DNA from: Octopus vulgaris
Lineage: Eukaryota
DNA length: 64,000 bases
NCBI GenBank assembly: GCA_951406725.2
Contig: OX597837.1
Location: 20,708,001 to 20,772,000 of the forward strand
Reading direction: 5' to 3'
Below the pieces are notes generated by a model. It made no database searches, was not told the origin of the DNA, and saw only the letters and a program-made list of their open reading frames with translations. The translations under genes and the position numbers were made by a program. The number at the start of each line of letters is the position of its first letter. Positions within the stretch are counted from its first letter, which is position 1. This document shows positions 39,215 to 52,820 of the stretch, one piece after another.

Positions 39215-39830
39215 TATTATATGCTTTATTTTGTAAGAGCAGCCCTGAAACATGTGTACACAATATAGTGTGACTTCGAAAAGGCCAAAGATGATTTAAC
39301 GAATTCAAACATGGTGAATTCGACCTTCTGGATGCGTATCGGTCAAGGAGACTTATTGTTCTCAATAATGATGCAGTGAAAACAGCAATTGAAGGGGATC
39401 CGCCTCAGACTATCGGAGACTTGTCCCATTGGCTTAATAAAGTTTGTTCCACGGTACGAGATCATTTCAAATAGATTGGGGAAAGAGTATGAAGAAGAGA
39501 AGTGGGTCCCTCATGAACTGTCCCCCGACAATAAGGGAGTGCATTCAACAAGATATTTCAAGGAAAGATAAATTCATTAGGCTGATGAACTCTGCCTCAC
39601 CAGACCTGGCACCATCAGATTTCCCCTTATTCAAGTCACTTGAACACTCTACCAGTGGATAAACAATTTAGGGACGATGTCGAAACGGCAGTCCAAATAT
39701 TTTTCTATTCTAAAGAACCCGATTTTTTTTTTGTTTTGTTTTGGTTCCGAGAAACCAAAACAACTGGTTTCGAGGAGAAATAATATTGCTACCGATGACA
39801 ATTATACTTTGAGGGAATAAACAGATTTAC
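39215..39830 (+). mobile_element. Mariner deletion derivative
   Basis: KWVPHELSP joined almost directly to SPDLAPSDFPLFKSL. Confidence 0.82.
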
Positions 39831-40189
39831 GAATATGTTCTGTCTATGCACGTACATATATACATACTTATATACTCACACGGTTTTTTTTTTCTTTTTC
39901 TTGCTTTTACTTGTTTCAGACTGCGGTCATGCTGGGGCACTGCTTTAAAGGTGTATCGATCGCATTCTCACCTAGAATCGATTTTGTAATTTTTTCAAGA
40001 CTTATACACGCCCTGTTGCCGTCGGTATCTACAGATCAAATTCGAGCGCAATCGGATGGAGGATGCCCGAGATCCTAGAAGACACACATACACACACGCA
40101 GAACGGATTTTATATATAATATATATATGTATACACACAGACACAGACATATATATGTGTATATGTGTGTTTGCGTGTGTGTGTGTGGC

Positions 40190-40518
40190 CTGGTACTTTG
40201 TCGGTTACGACAAGACGTTTTCCTGTTGATTCGATCAACGGAACAGCCAGCTGGTGGAATTGACGCGCAAGTGGCTGAGCACTCCACAGACACACCTTCT
40301 CATGACTTAGTAGTTCTCAGGGAGATTCCGCGTGACACCCAGAATGTGGCAACGCCGGCCCCTTTTGTATTACAAGTACAATTCATTTTTACCGGCTGAA
40401 TTGACTGGAGAAACGTGAAATAAAGCGTCTTGCTTAAAAGACTCAACGCGCCGCCAGGAACCGAACTCACGACCTTACAATCCTGAACCGGATGCCCCTA
40501 ACCACTAAGCCACGCGCA
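40190..40518 (-). mobile_element. SINE family D
   Basis: Matches 34758-35078. Confidence 0.8.
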
Positions 40519-40822
40519 CCGTATAAGGCGTGTATTTGTGTCATCAGCCCGACTGACATTACTTTTCGCTTTCGGTAACCTTAATTGTGTTTTGTAATTA
40601 ACTTTTTCTCCCCCAGTTTGATTCCTAATGATGTCACGCTGAGACTCTATCTATTGATCTATCAGTTTTTTCCAATATAGGTCAGAGAAATATATTCATT
40701 TCGAATGTGTTCTTTCGCCTGCCCTACTTTCTGTTGTCTCTCCCTTCTCTCTCTCTCTCTCTCTCCTCTCTGTCTCCCTTCCTCTCTCTTTCTCTTCAGT
40801 CCCCCTCGCTTTCACACTTTAC

Positions 40823-40901
<79 letters not shown>

Positions 40902-40956
40902 TTCTCTTCAGTCCCCCTCGCTTTCACACTTTACTTCACACACACACACACACACA

Positions 40957-41016
<60 letters not shown>

Positions 41017-41425
41017 CTATCATTCGCCCTTACCTCGTACATTCAAGCACACACGCACACATGCATACATATACACACATACATATATATATACACATTC
41101 ACATGTACTTACACACATACATACATACATACAAACATACACACACACACACACACACACACGCAAAGCACATTTACAAGTAGCAGCACAGGTACACACA
41201 CACACACACACAGACACACACACACACACACATTATATAGATAAAAGCACAGCTGCGTATAAGACGTTCATGACTGTCCACACATATATACATGTAGCTA
41301 TGCACACACATACATACATATTTGCGTGCGTTTGTGCATGTATGTCTTTTTTTATACTTATACATACATACACAAACATATACATTCATGCATACATACA
41401 TAAATACATACATACATATATGCAT

Positions 41426-41871
41426 AGGCTGTGTGGTAAGTAGCTTGCTTACAAACCACATGGTTCCGGGTTCAGTCCCACTGCGTGGCACCTTGGGCAA
41501 GTGTCTTCTACTATAGCCTCGGGCCGACCAAAGCCTTGTGAGTGGATTTGGTAGACGGAAACTGAAAGAAGCCCGTCGTATATATGTTTATATATATGTG
41601 TGTGTATGTATGTATGTATGTATGTATGTATGTATGTATGTATGTTTGTGTATATGTTTGTGTGTCTGTCTTTGCCCCCCCCCCAACATCGCTTGACAAC
41701 CGATGCTGGTGTGTTTACGTCCCCGTAAATTAGCGGTTCGGCTAAAGAGAGCGATAGAATAAGTACTAGGCTTACCAAAGAATAATCCCTGAGGTCGATT
41801 TGCTCGACTAAAGGCAGTACTCCAGCATGGCCACAGTCAAATGACTGAAACAAGTAAAAGAGTAAAAAGAG
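41426..41871 (+). mobile_element. SINE family A (further copies at 42488-42880 +, 49145-49560 -, 54480-54935 -, 55388-55815 +)
   Basis: ggctgtgtggtaagtagcttgctta...gaagcccgtcg(TA/TATG)n...atgactgaaacaagtaaaagag. Confidence 0.92.
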
Positions 41872-41932
41872 TATATATACAAACATACAGACAGACATGT
41901 ATATATGTATATATATATATATATATACACAT

Positions 41933-41991
<59 letters not shown>

Positions 41992-41995
41992 ACAT

Positions 41996-42082
<87 letters not shown>

Positions 42083-42638
42083 TATTCACATTTATTAACG
42101 TATGCTGCTGCTGTTGTTACTGCTGCTGTGATCTCATGATTTTCATTTTCTCACCTGCAGCTTAATGAAACTCTCTCTCCTACAGGGCGGAGAAAGTCTA
42201 CCTTGGTGGGCAGAGCAGGCGGGGCAGGCAGAGCATGCCGGGCGGTTTAACACCAATATCTCACCCTTGGGTATCTTTGGTGTAGTTTACTCTGTTGCAA
42301 GCATTTGGATCAAGCCTCCGACAAGAGGATCTCCGTAACTTTTCCCTCAATGCTTCACCTCTTTCGTTTCTGTCAATGCATGGAAAAAAAAAAGAAAGAC
42401 AGAATTTGGTATACAATTATCATTTCCGGGAATTCTCCGAAACGAGATGGAAGCGTGAAATAGTTATTCAAATTTCTGACTACATCGTAGCTGTGTGGTA
42501 AGAAGCTTGCTTCTCAACCACATAGTTCCGGGTTCCGCCCACTGCGTGGCACCTTGGGCAAGTGTCTTCTTCTATAGCCTCGGACCAAACAAAGCATTGC
42601 GAGTGGATTTGGTAGACGGAAACTGAAAGAAGCTTGTC

Positions 42639-42688
<50 letters not shown>

Positions 42689-42969
42689 GTGTGTGTTAGT
42701 CCCCACCACCATCTTCGCTTGACAGCAGATGTCTTTACGTCCCCGTATCTTAGCAGTTCAGCAAAAGTAACCGATAGAATAAGTACTAGGCTTACAAAGA
42801 ATAAGTCCTGGGGTCGATTTGTTCGATTAAAGGCGCTGCTCCAGCATGGCCGTAGTCAAATGACTGAAACTGTTAAAAGAATAGTTTACTCTTCCGTTAA
42901 GAACAACAAAAATAAGTATGCCATCCAGTACGAAATAAATGCCATTTAATATGTACAGTATATATTGAC

Positions 42970-43177
42970 GGCGGCGAGCTGGCAGAAACGTTAGCACGCC
43001 GGGCGAAATGCGTGGCCGTATTTCGTCTGTCGTTACGTTCCGAGTTCAAATTCCGTCGAGGTCGACTTTGCCTTACAATAAATTAAGTACCAGTTACGCA
43101 CTGGGGTCGATATAATCGACTTAATCCCTTTGTTTGTCCCCTCTGTGTTTAGCCCCTTGTGGGTGGTAAAGAAATAA
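42970..43177 (+). mobile_element. SINE family B with an imperfect TSD
   Basis: aatatgtacagtata and aatatatacagtata flank the copy. Confidence 0.88.
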
Positions 43178-43203
43178 ATATATACAGTATAAAGATACGA
43201 ACT

Positions 43204-43487
43204 ACTATAGTTTCTGGCTTTTGAGACACGTGGTTAGGCAGATTTTTATAACATGCCTTCTGTCTGCAAGCAATCTGCGGGCTCTGAGCACATGGTTTGT
43301 TTTATTTAAAAATCAGGACGCTGGTACATGAGAAGCCACGAAAAAAAAAAGGGTGATTTCTCATGTACCAAATTCTTGATTTTAAAATGAGCAAACCATG
43401 TGCTTAGAGCCCGGAGATTACTTGTAGACACAAGGCATGTTATAATAACCTGCCTAACCACGTGTCTTAATGGCAAGAAACTATTGT
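43204..43487. mobile_element. Fold-back MITE with ~135-bp imperfect inverted arms
   Basis: actatagtttct...gacacgtggttaggcag...gagcacatggtttg...ggtacatgagaa is mirrored by ttctcatgtacc...caaaccatgtgct...ctgcctaaccacgtgtc...agaaactattgt. Confidence 0.85.
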
Positions 43488-43806
43488 TAGCTTATGAGTG
43501 TGTATGTGAGTATATGTTACAGAGAGTGCATGTATATATATATATATATATAGTACAAAGTAAGATAGGGGTTATGAGGGTAACCCACTATGGGATATCA
43601 GTTATCCAATATACTGCTGTTGAAGCACCCAAATGCCAAATACATAAATGCTTATAATTGCAATGCAATTAATTCATTTATTGTATTTATATTTATTGTA
43701 TTTATATGGATTTTGATGTTCCTATTTATATAGTTAATAAATAATATGAAATGGTAATATCTGTAAGTTGATGATTGAAATGAATTTGTTCCTCCATTTT
43801 CTTATT

Positions 43807-43837
<31 letters not shown>

Positions 43838-43884
43838 CATGACATGTATATACACATACGACACACACACATGTGTATATATAT

Positions 43885-44060
43885 GTTCTTGGACTATCTT
43901 TTCTTTCTCTCAGGACCTTTCCTCTTTCTGACGAAGAGCCATGCTCGAAACGTTACACACCCCTTCTTTTTTTCCATCTTAAACTGAGCGTCAACCTAAT
44001 ACATTTACTGTGTACGTCCTTTTGACCTTTATTGCTTTTGTTCCTAATTTCCATTTGCCT
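43885..44060 (+). mobile_element. Short Penelope pLTR-like element with a minimal hammerhead core (43928-43954)
   Basis: CTGACGA-a-gagc(cat)gctc-GAAAC-GTT; same family as 2926-3118; stem I degenerate. Confidence 0.55.
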
Positions 44061-44383
44061 CTCTCTCTCTCTTCATATATATATATATATGTATATGTGC
44101 AATGGATTTTTTGTAAGCAGTGTCAATTTTTACATATTTACTATAGTTAATATTTTATAAGCTTAAAGCTTATAAGCGATCACCGATTAATGGCTAAAGA
44201 AAATAGTCTAATATTGAGTAATATAAGCCCTCGACGAAAAAAAAGTAGGGTTTTCGTATACATACGACACGAACCCAGAACTCTTTATGCTTGCGACAAG
44301 TGTGTTACCATTGCACCAACGTACCCGCGGCTTCTTCCCCACAGATTTTAAGAACTATAATTAGTTCATAGTGTTGTTTTTGT

Positions 44384-44490
<107 letters not shown>

Positions 44491-45913
44491 CCCACATGAT
44501 TTCAACCGCGTTAGTTATTTGTCTTGTTTTGTTCATGCGCATGTTTGTGTATGAGAAAGGAAGAAAGTAAAATAGAGTGATTTTGTGTATTTTTGCGATT
44601 GTTGTCGTAGCTGTTGTTGTTGTGCAGCTCATCGTGGTAACGCTGTCTTTTCAATGGCAGCTGTAATCTATCGCTAGACTTGATCAAATGCACACTTTCC
44701 TTCTTTAGTAAGAAAGCAGGGTGAGATTTGCTGAAAAATTTGGCTGCTATTGTTAGCAGTCTCGCGATCGCGTAGATGTACCCTTATCAGTTTGCTATAT
44801 GCGTGTGTATGTGCGTGCGAGCGTGTGGTTAATTGTTGTTCATTTGAGATTGTATATGTATATGTGCGTCTGTGTACGCATGCACTCCTTTGTGCATCTG
44901 TATTTTCTATATGTACACTGACCTGCACTCCAACCACAGGAGAAAGACAGACCAACAGACAGACAGACAGACAGAAGAAAATGGAGGAATAACAGACAGC
45001 GTAAAGCAAGGTGTGAGAGAGTAAGAGAGAAATCATTGGAATACAAGTGTAATTTAAAGTGAATAAAAAGTGATACATGAAAAATGAATACAAAAAAATA
45101 GATACAGACCATGCTTGTGTAAATTGAAAGTGAATAAATTTTGAAAAATAGATTTAAAAGGTGACAGCCAACTCGAAATAGCTCTACCACAATGGCTTCT
45201 TCTCAAGCAGAGAATGCTGAAAATAGCCAACCGGAAGCAGCTATGTATTATGTCGTAGCAAAATGGCGGCATGACAATATAATACTGTGGCTATTAAATG
45301 CGTTTAATATTTTATCTGTTGTTTATATATTTTTATTTTTATTTACGTTTTATTTGTTTCTTTGGATTTTCTTCGTCCATATTTGTTTTGTCTTTTTTGT
45401 TTTTTTGCTTTTGCTTTTGCTATTTTAAAATATATTTATCGATTTATATATTTATATATTTGCGAAACCCCATTTCAAATCATAACGATGATGAGGAGGA
45501 GGAAGAGGAGGAGGAGGAGGACGACGACGACGACGATAATAGCAGCAGCAGCAGCAACAACAACAACAACAACAACAGCAATAATGGTTTCATATTTTTG
45601 CGCAAGGCCAGTAATTTCAGGGACTGAATAAGTCGATTACATCGATCCTAATTTTCAACTGCTACTTATTTTATTGACCTCGAAAGGACGAAAAGCGAAG
45701 CCGACCTCGGTGGAATTTGAACTCAGAACGTAAAGACGGACGAAATGCCGTTAAGTATTTTGCCCGACGTGCTAGCAATTCTGCTAGTTTGCCGACTTAA
45801 TAATAATAATAATAATAGTAAAAACAATAACAATAAGAAGAAGAAGAACAACAACAATAACAACAATAATAATGATAATAATAATAATAATAATAATGAT
45901 GATGATAATAATG

Positions 45914-45989
<76 letters not shown>

Positions 45990-46018
45990 TAATAATAATA
46001 GTAATAATAATAATAATG

Positions 46019-46092
<74 letters not shown>

Positions 46093-46094
46093 AA

Positions 46095-47545
46095 ATACGT
46101 GTAATAATCATAAAAACGTCCCTTACTCATGGACTTTGAACATTTTAGACATCTTGAGAATTTTCCCAGTAATATCAAACTTCCTGTCATACATGTTTGT
46201 ATGGAATACAAACCCAACAACTGCCACATACTGATGAAACCATAAATTCCAGTAGCAAAAGCATTGATTATAGTATTTTTCAAGGTGATTCGTTTTCTCC
46301 CCTTTTATTTTGCATCGCTCTGAGTTCTGTAGCTTACAAAAATAAATATGGCTGCAAATTAGACGGCAAAAACCATAAATCATCTGCTTTTTATGGATGG
46401 CTTGAAACTGCATGATGAAAATGACAGCGATTTGGAAGGGTTGTTGAAGACAGTTGAGGTATTGAAGGCAGTTGAGATGTAGGGATGGACTAAATCAACA
46501 GTCACTGAGAAGGTTGCAGAAGCAAGGAAAAAGATGGAGTTTGGACTGAAAAAAATGCACGAAAAAACATTTAATAAATGCAAAATGACAAGTATAAATT
46601 TAATGGAAATAGATGCGGGTAATCAAGGAACGGGAACAAACCTGCTAGAATTTATGAGTCACTGAAAGCGAAGATATTCGTCACGTGAGCATACCATCTG
46701 ATCGTAACATCACTTGGAATGAGTTCTGAAAGCTCAGTAAAGATAAAGATCTGATAATTTTGTTGTGTCCAGAGAGAGTCATTACGCTAATATAATTAAC
46801 ACACACATTGATTCAATTCCACTCATTTATTAAATATCTGACTGTTTTGTTTTTGTTTGTCAAAGCTTTTTCCTTGCTTCTGCAACCTTCTCAGGGACTA
46901 TTGATTTAGTCTGTTATAGAGGCCGCGTTTGTTTCTTTGTTTGAGATTTTGCTGCGTACGTATGCGTGATAATTGAAATTAATAATTGAAATGTACCATC
47001 ATAAGACATGTACAATACCGGTGATAGCCAGTGCACTTGGAATGATAAAAAAGGGGAACAAGAGTTTTTGGACCAGATACCTGGAAAGCCATCCCTGCAA
47101 GAAACACAGGATGTAGTGTTGACTGGAATTGTTACAAGTCGTGAAGATAAAAATTACATGTTTTTTAGGATGTCTGAATAAAGCTGGCCATACTATTGAA
47201 GCAAGGAGACCAAATATGATTGTAGAGGACAAAAATGTAAGCTCATAGAATCTGCGATACCATATGTTAATACACCGGACACCAGAGAAATTGAGGAAAT
47301 TTGGAAATGTCAGGAGTATGCTAAAGAGATGTAGAAATCGTAGAAAACAAAGGCACCAATTATTCCTGTAATAATTGGAGCAGAGCACAAAACCCGAACT
47401 GCTACTCGAGAGACTGAAGGATATTAGGATTGAGACACGCATTAGCGATCTACAGAAAAGTGTCATCATGGATTCTGCAAGAATTCTATGAAAGAGTTTT
47501 GAAAATTGAAGAGACTTGTTACCAAACCTCAAGTCAACATTTGAC
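46095..47545 (+). mobile_element. Highly decayed Dong/R4-clade LINE fragments
   Basis: IFQGDSFSPLLFCIAL and an NHLLFMD-like RT motif at ~46270-46410; PVIASALG and PVIIGA endonuclease-end motifs; lies between (TAA)n and (GAA)n tracts. Confidence 0.65.
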
Positions 47546-47725
47546 GTACAATAACAACAACATCACCAATACGAACAAGACGAAGAAGAAGAAGAAGAAG
47601 AAGAAGAAGAAGAAGAAGAAGAAGAAGAAGAAGAAGAAGAAGAAGAAGAAGAAGAAGAAGAAGAAGAAGAAGAAGAAGAAGAAGAAGAAGAAGAAGAAGA
47701 AGAAGAAGAAGAAGAAGAAGAAGAA

Positions 47726-48097
47726 AACCACTACGGTCAGACAAAAGTACTGGGGACGATGCAGTACTCCAGGAAGTAGCAGACTGGGGTTACATAAAAG
47801 TTGTAAAAGGGTAAAATAACAGAAACAAAGATAAAAGTAAAAAAAAAAAATCTTCAGACAATAAATAATTGCCTCAAAGCAGGGAGAGCTACAAGGGCTG
47901 CTCCTGGTAATCCCACAAAACCACGGTCACCCTCACTGCTAACGCAAGTTCCATCTCTTAGTTGTTCTTCTCCAGTCTAGGGCCTCCACCCTCCCTTAAT
48001 TGGCCTCTTCACTTTCTCATCCACCTTTCAACAGTTTTGTTGGAAGGTCACGCTTCATTGAACTTCACTCTCCGCCCTCACTTTCCTTTCGAAGTGA
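47726..48097 (-). mobile_element. Tx1-like LINE 3' fragment ending at (TTC)n
   Basis: Minus strand atcacttcgaaaggaaagtgagggcggagag matches the HLKRKVRVER-coding segment of copies A and D. Confidence 0.6.
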
Positions 48098-49560
48098 TGA
48101 CGACGACGACGACGACGATGATGATGATGATGATGGTAATAACGACGGTGATGATGACGATGATGACGATGATGATGACGATGATGACGATGATGATGAC
48201 GATGATGACGATGATGACGACAACGACGACGACGATGACAACGACGACGATGATGACGACGACGACGATGATGATGATGACGACGATGACAATGAAGATG
48301 ATGACGACGACGGTGATGATGAAGATGATGATGATGATTTGTCCGATATCTACAAATCTATGACTTACCGTTTGCATAGGAAATGGTATCATGTCAAATT
48401 CTCCCATTCATCCCTCACACACCACCACCAATACCGCCACCGCCACCACCGCCACCACCACTGAGCTATCTCTTCTCTGAACATAATACTTACCATCATT
48501 GTCCTGAATTTTCAAACATCTGCATCATTTTATTTTATCATGTCAGCCTAGCTGAATGTCACTCTCCTTCCTTTGAAGATAGCAATACTATCTTGAATCA
48601 GAATTTGAAAAAAAAAAAATGGAAAAAAAAATGGGAAAAAAATGGAAAAAAGGGAGAAAATATCACAAAGTAGCCGAACATTCAATGATTGCGAAGAAGA
48701 GAATAACTAAGTTGTACTTAGATCAATATAGATCACGTGGAGATAAGCGACACGCTAATTGGATATTTTATCCGGGTTAGATTACAGTCAAGCAAGCGTG
48801 CGACAGATGGCGATTTGAATTGAGTCTACATAAATGTCACGTATATTATTACTTACGTAGGAGGACCTATATGATCACGAGACCTGCTAGAAATGACAGC
48901 CAAACACCCACTTGACTGGAAAACGTGAGCTACTCGTTGGATAATATATTAATAGTCAGAGATAAACTGTAGCCGCCAGAAAGGAAAGGTAGTCACGACA
49001 AGAATGTCTTTGATCGTAGGTCTTCTTAGTGCTGTTCCAGCTGACCTGGGGTTATAAACCAACGAGCAACTAGTGTTTCACATCTAAGCAAAACAAAAGG
49101 AAAATATCTTAAGTTTTTACAACTTACAAAGATATATATATACTCTTTACACTTTTTATTCTTTTACTTGTTTCAGTCATTTGACTACGGCCAAGCTGGA
49201 GCACCGCCTTTAGTCGAGCAAATCGACCCCAGGACTTATTCTTTGCAAGCCTAGGACTTATTGTATCGGATCCTTTTGCCGAACCGCTAAGTTACGGGGA
49301 CGTAAACACACCAGCATCGATTGTCAAGCGATGTTGGGGGGACAAACACAGACACACAAACATATACACACACATACACATACATACATATATATACGAC
49401 GGGCTTCTTTCAGTTTCCGTCTACCAAATCCCCTCACAAGGCTTTGGTCGGCCCGAGTCTTTAATAAAAGACACTTGCCAAAGGTGCCCCGCAATAAGAC
49501 TGAGCCTGGAACCATGTGGTTGGTAAGCAAGCTACTTACCACACAGTCACTCCTGCGCCT

Positions 49561-52500
49561 GGCTAATATGTCTTTTGTATTCAACATTTTTTCCTTTTAC
49601 CAGTAATATCATTCGTCCAATTTGTTCATTAATTACTCCGTCCTGCCAGCTTTCTTTACCATATTTATAGGTTTTTTTTAAGAAAAAAAACTTTGTCACC
49701 TAAATTAAAGAATTTTGAAGTATTTTTGTTATTCGCCATTTTTAATATTTTCACTCGATATCAGATTAACACAAACGGATCTGACCTTTCTAGCAAACAT
49801 CAATTCTGCGGGTGACAATTCCCGACGGTACTTTTTTCAGATTAGGTGTTACTCGGTACACTCTTAGAAATTGTTGAATTGCAAAATCGTCCATCACTCC
49901 ATTGTTCTCAATCAACGCCCTCTTGAAAGTGTCAACAAACGCACCGCTTGTCCATTTTACTTAGGATGATACGGCGGAGTGGTGACATGTTCGATGACGA
50001 ACATTTTACAAAGTTTCCTGAACTCGGCTGACGTAAATTGAGTTCAATTCAATTCAATTTTTGTTGGCTCAAAAAGCAAAAGCAAGGCCATGTAGGGGGG
50101 CAGGGAGTTATGTACAGAGAGGGTGGTCATACAAAGAGTTCAGGCCATTTCTGGTCAAGAGAGACTTTGAACCGAGCAGTCGTCGGCATCTTCACTATCT
50201 CGTCCGGCAGCTTATTCCACGGATCCGCAACCCGGACGGAGAAAGTCCCTCTCCTTCGATTGAGATGAAATCGTCGTAGATAGAGCTTTTCGGAGTGACC
50301 CCGCAGCCCACGCTCTGGCGCAGGAGTGAACAACAGCTCTTTCGAGAGGTTACACTTTCCGCTTATGATGTTGTGAGCGAGAATGAGATCACCACGGCGT
50401 CGTCGTTTTTCGAGAGAATAAAGGTCGAGCGTCTTCAGCCTTTCTTCATAAGACAAATGCTTGAGACCAAGAACCATGCAGGTAACCAGCTTCTGGACTC
50501 TTTCGAGATGTTGTTTGTCTTTGAGGAGATAAGGACAAGAGGCTTGAATCCCGTACTCCATTATGGGTCTCACCAGCGTGACATAGAGCGGTAGGAATAT
50601 GCTGTGGTGGAGGCATCGACAGAGATCATCTATATCACTGGAGAAGCGACCAGTTTAACATCGTCGGCAAATAGAAGGGTGTGTTGCGTAAGGTCGCTGG
50701 GCAAGTCATTGATGAAGACTAAAAACAATAACGGCCCAAGCACTGAACCTTGAGGTACGCCACTGCTCGCACTGGAGACGTCGGAGAGCGAACCATTAAT
50801 TTGGACTTGGAAGGAGCGATCTGAGAGGAAGGCACCAACCCATCGTATAATATCCGGATGGAAACGATATGCTTGAAGCTTGACAAGTAATAGGCGGTGG
50901 TTAACCAAGTCAAAAGCTTTGGCAAAGTCCAATAAAACGATGTCAACAGCATCACCATCATCCAGGATACGCATCACCAATTCTTCCATTACCAGTAAGT
51001 TGGTCAAGCATGATCTCTTCGGCACGAAGCCGTGTTGGGAATCAGAGATAGAGGCTGTATTTTGGAGGTGGAGCAACATATTTTTCTTGAGGATGGTTTC
51101 GAACATCTTGCTGATAATTGAAATAAGGGAAACCGGTCGGTAGTTAAGCGGGTCATCGCGGCTCCCTTTCTTGAAAATCGGGCAGATTATCGCTCTTCTC
51201 CAGTCCGCAGGTACAACACCCGTCGCCAATGACATATTGAATAGAAGTGTTAAAGGTTCGCAGATGACCGGAGCCAACGCTTTGATAACCTGTAGGTGTA
51301 TGCCGTCAGGGCCGTGACCCTTGTTGACTTCGAGGCCTTGAACAGTACCGAACAAATTTGTTAAGTTTTTTTCACAAAATGTAATGTTACTTATCAATTC
51401 GCTCTTAAAATGTTTTTTCCTGAAACACCACGGGTAATTTTCGAGGCTTCATTTAATTTAGGTCTCCCAATTTTTTTCCATGTATTTGTGTTAATTATTG
51501 AGATGTTGCTGCCTGTATCCAATTGTAACGTTACGTTTGTGCTATTAATTTTTACATACACAAATTTTCTTTGAGGCTCGATCGTATTTTTACTCACCGG
51601 TAATCCGTTTACCTTTTTTTTCTGTTTAACCGTTCTTTCGGTTCTGTCCTTCAGTGCGACTTTTTATGGCCTATTTTACAACACTTGAACCATTTTATAT
51701 ATATAAACGGAAATTTATTTTTAAAATGTAGACCACTACACCCATAACAGGATTCAGTCTTGATATTTTTTCTCTTGTTTCTTATTTGTTACCGGTCGAC
51801 ATGTCTGTATGTGAGAGCAATCTTTCTCTTCAATTTTATTTGCGTTATGTTGTAGGTTAATAATACTTTTCATTCTTCTACTACTGCCTGTACAGTTAAA
51901 TTTTGGTCCCGTTCTAATTTTGTTAATATCCGGGAACATATCTGTGCATCTTTGCTAATATCCGCATCTTTATTTGCAGTAAACCCTGGAACAAAAATTA
52001 AAGACTCGAACATCTCCAGGATCAACTCATTCAATCTTAATTCCTCACACTCTCTGTTAACCACTCCGGCGTAGGTGATGAAATCTTCATCAACTTTTTT
52101 GACCAAATTTAAACATTACCAGCGAGTATTGAACAGGGAAGTTCTTTCACTGAAATTTTCGATAAAAATATTGTTTCATCGAAACAAATCTTACCTGGCT
52201 TCTCCGGCAGAATATATTTACTATATCTTTCATGTTCGGCAGGTGATAACTTTCTTACAAGTAGTCGTACTTTTTTCTCGTCGGACCAACTTTTACACTC
52301 TTCTTTGAAAATATGCAGAGAAGATAATCCCTTCTTCTGGATTATAGCTGAATTCTTCAAGTGAGTTTACTATGCTGTCTGGTGAGTACGAAGCTAAAGT
52401 ATTATCAGACTCCTTCAACGTTAATTCCAGCAACTGTTCGTTTTATTGTTGTTGTTGCAGTTGCTGCTGCTGCTGTAGTTGCTGTTGCAACTGCACAGTG

Positions 52501-52760
52501 GAGGCCAATAAGTCTTCCATGTTAAAACGATTAATTTTCTTTGGCTTCGAACCAAAAAACACCCCCAAAATTAACGTCCCACGAACAACTCGTCGCCACT
52601 CTTATATCCTTCTATTGGATATATAATATAACGAAACGGGGGTGGGGAGAAAGTATATACACGACGCACTACTATTACTATTACGCGAGCCTCATCGCTC
52701 TATATCAACGGCTCACAGGGAACTGCTAACCAACACGAAGTGCCAATCGTTCACAATTAT
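49561..52760 (-). mobile_element. Ty3/gypsy LTR retrotransposon remnant (PBS, gag, protease, integrase; RT/RNase H absent)
   Basis: PBS tggcgacgag at 52589-52598; ATG at 52520 followed by a poly-Q stretch; Cys/His knuckles at ~51650-51750; protease LQLDTGSNISII; integrase QFTSAEFRKLCKMFVIEHVTTPPYHP at ~49960-50040; LTR boundary approximate. Confidence 0.85.
50044..51343 (-). mobile_element. CR1-clade LINE, 5'-truncated (RT domain and 3' end)
   Basis: GPDGIH...NYRPVSL...QHGF...LDFAKAFD...GVPQGSVLGPLLF...LFADDVK; LERVQK...YEERLK...RRRRGDLI; (ATTGA)n tail. Confidence 0.95.
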
Positions 52761-52820
52761 TTGTTTTATTACAATGAGTCAGTCCACTTTTTAGTAACTT
52801 GAGAGGTAGTCGGAATTTTA

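Noticed and set aside
42248-42290. Hairpin acaccaa...ttggtgt as a possible miRNA precursor
   Set aside because: Stem short and bulged; no mature miRNA recognised.
45192-45428. ORF MASSQAENAENSQ... as a host first coding exon
   Set aside because: Runs into T-rich low-complexity sequence with no donor site or homology that I could recognise.
52799-52820. Apparent continuation of Tx1 homology (GSRN) upstream of copy D
   Set aside because: The codons differ from copy A and the spacing is shifted; treated as coincidence, with the junction placed at ~52821.
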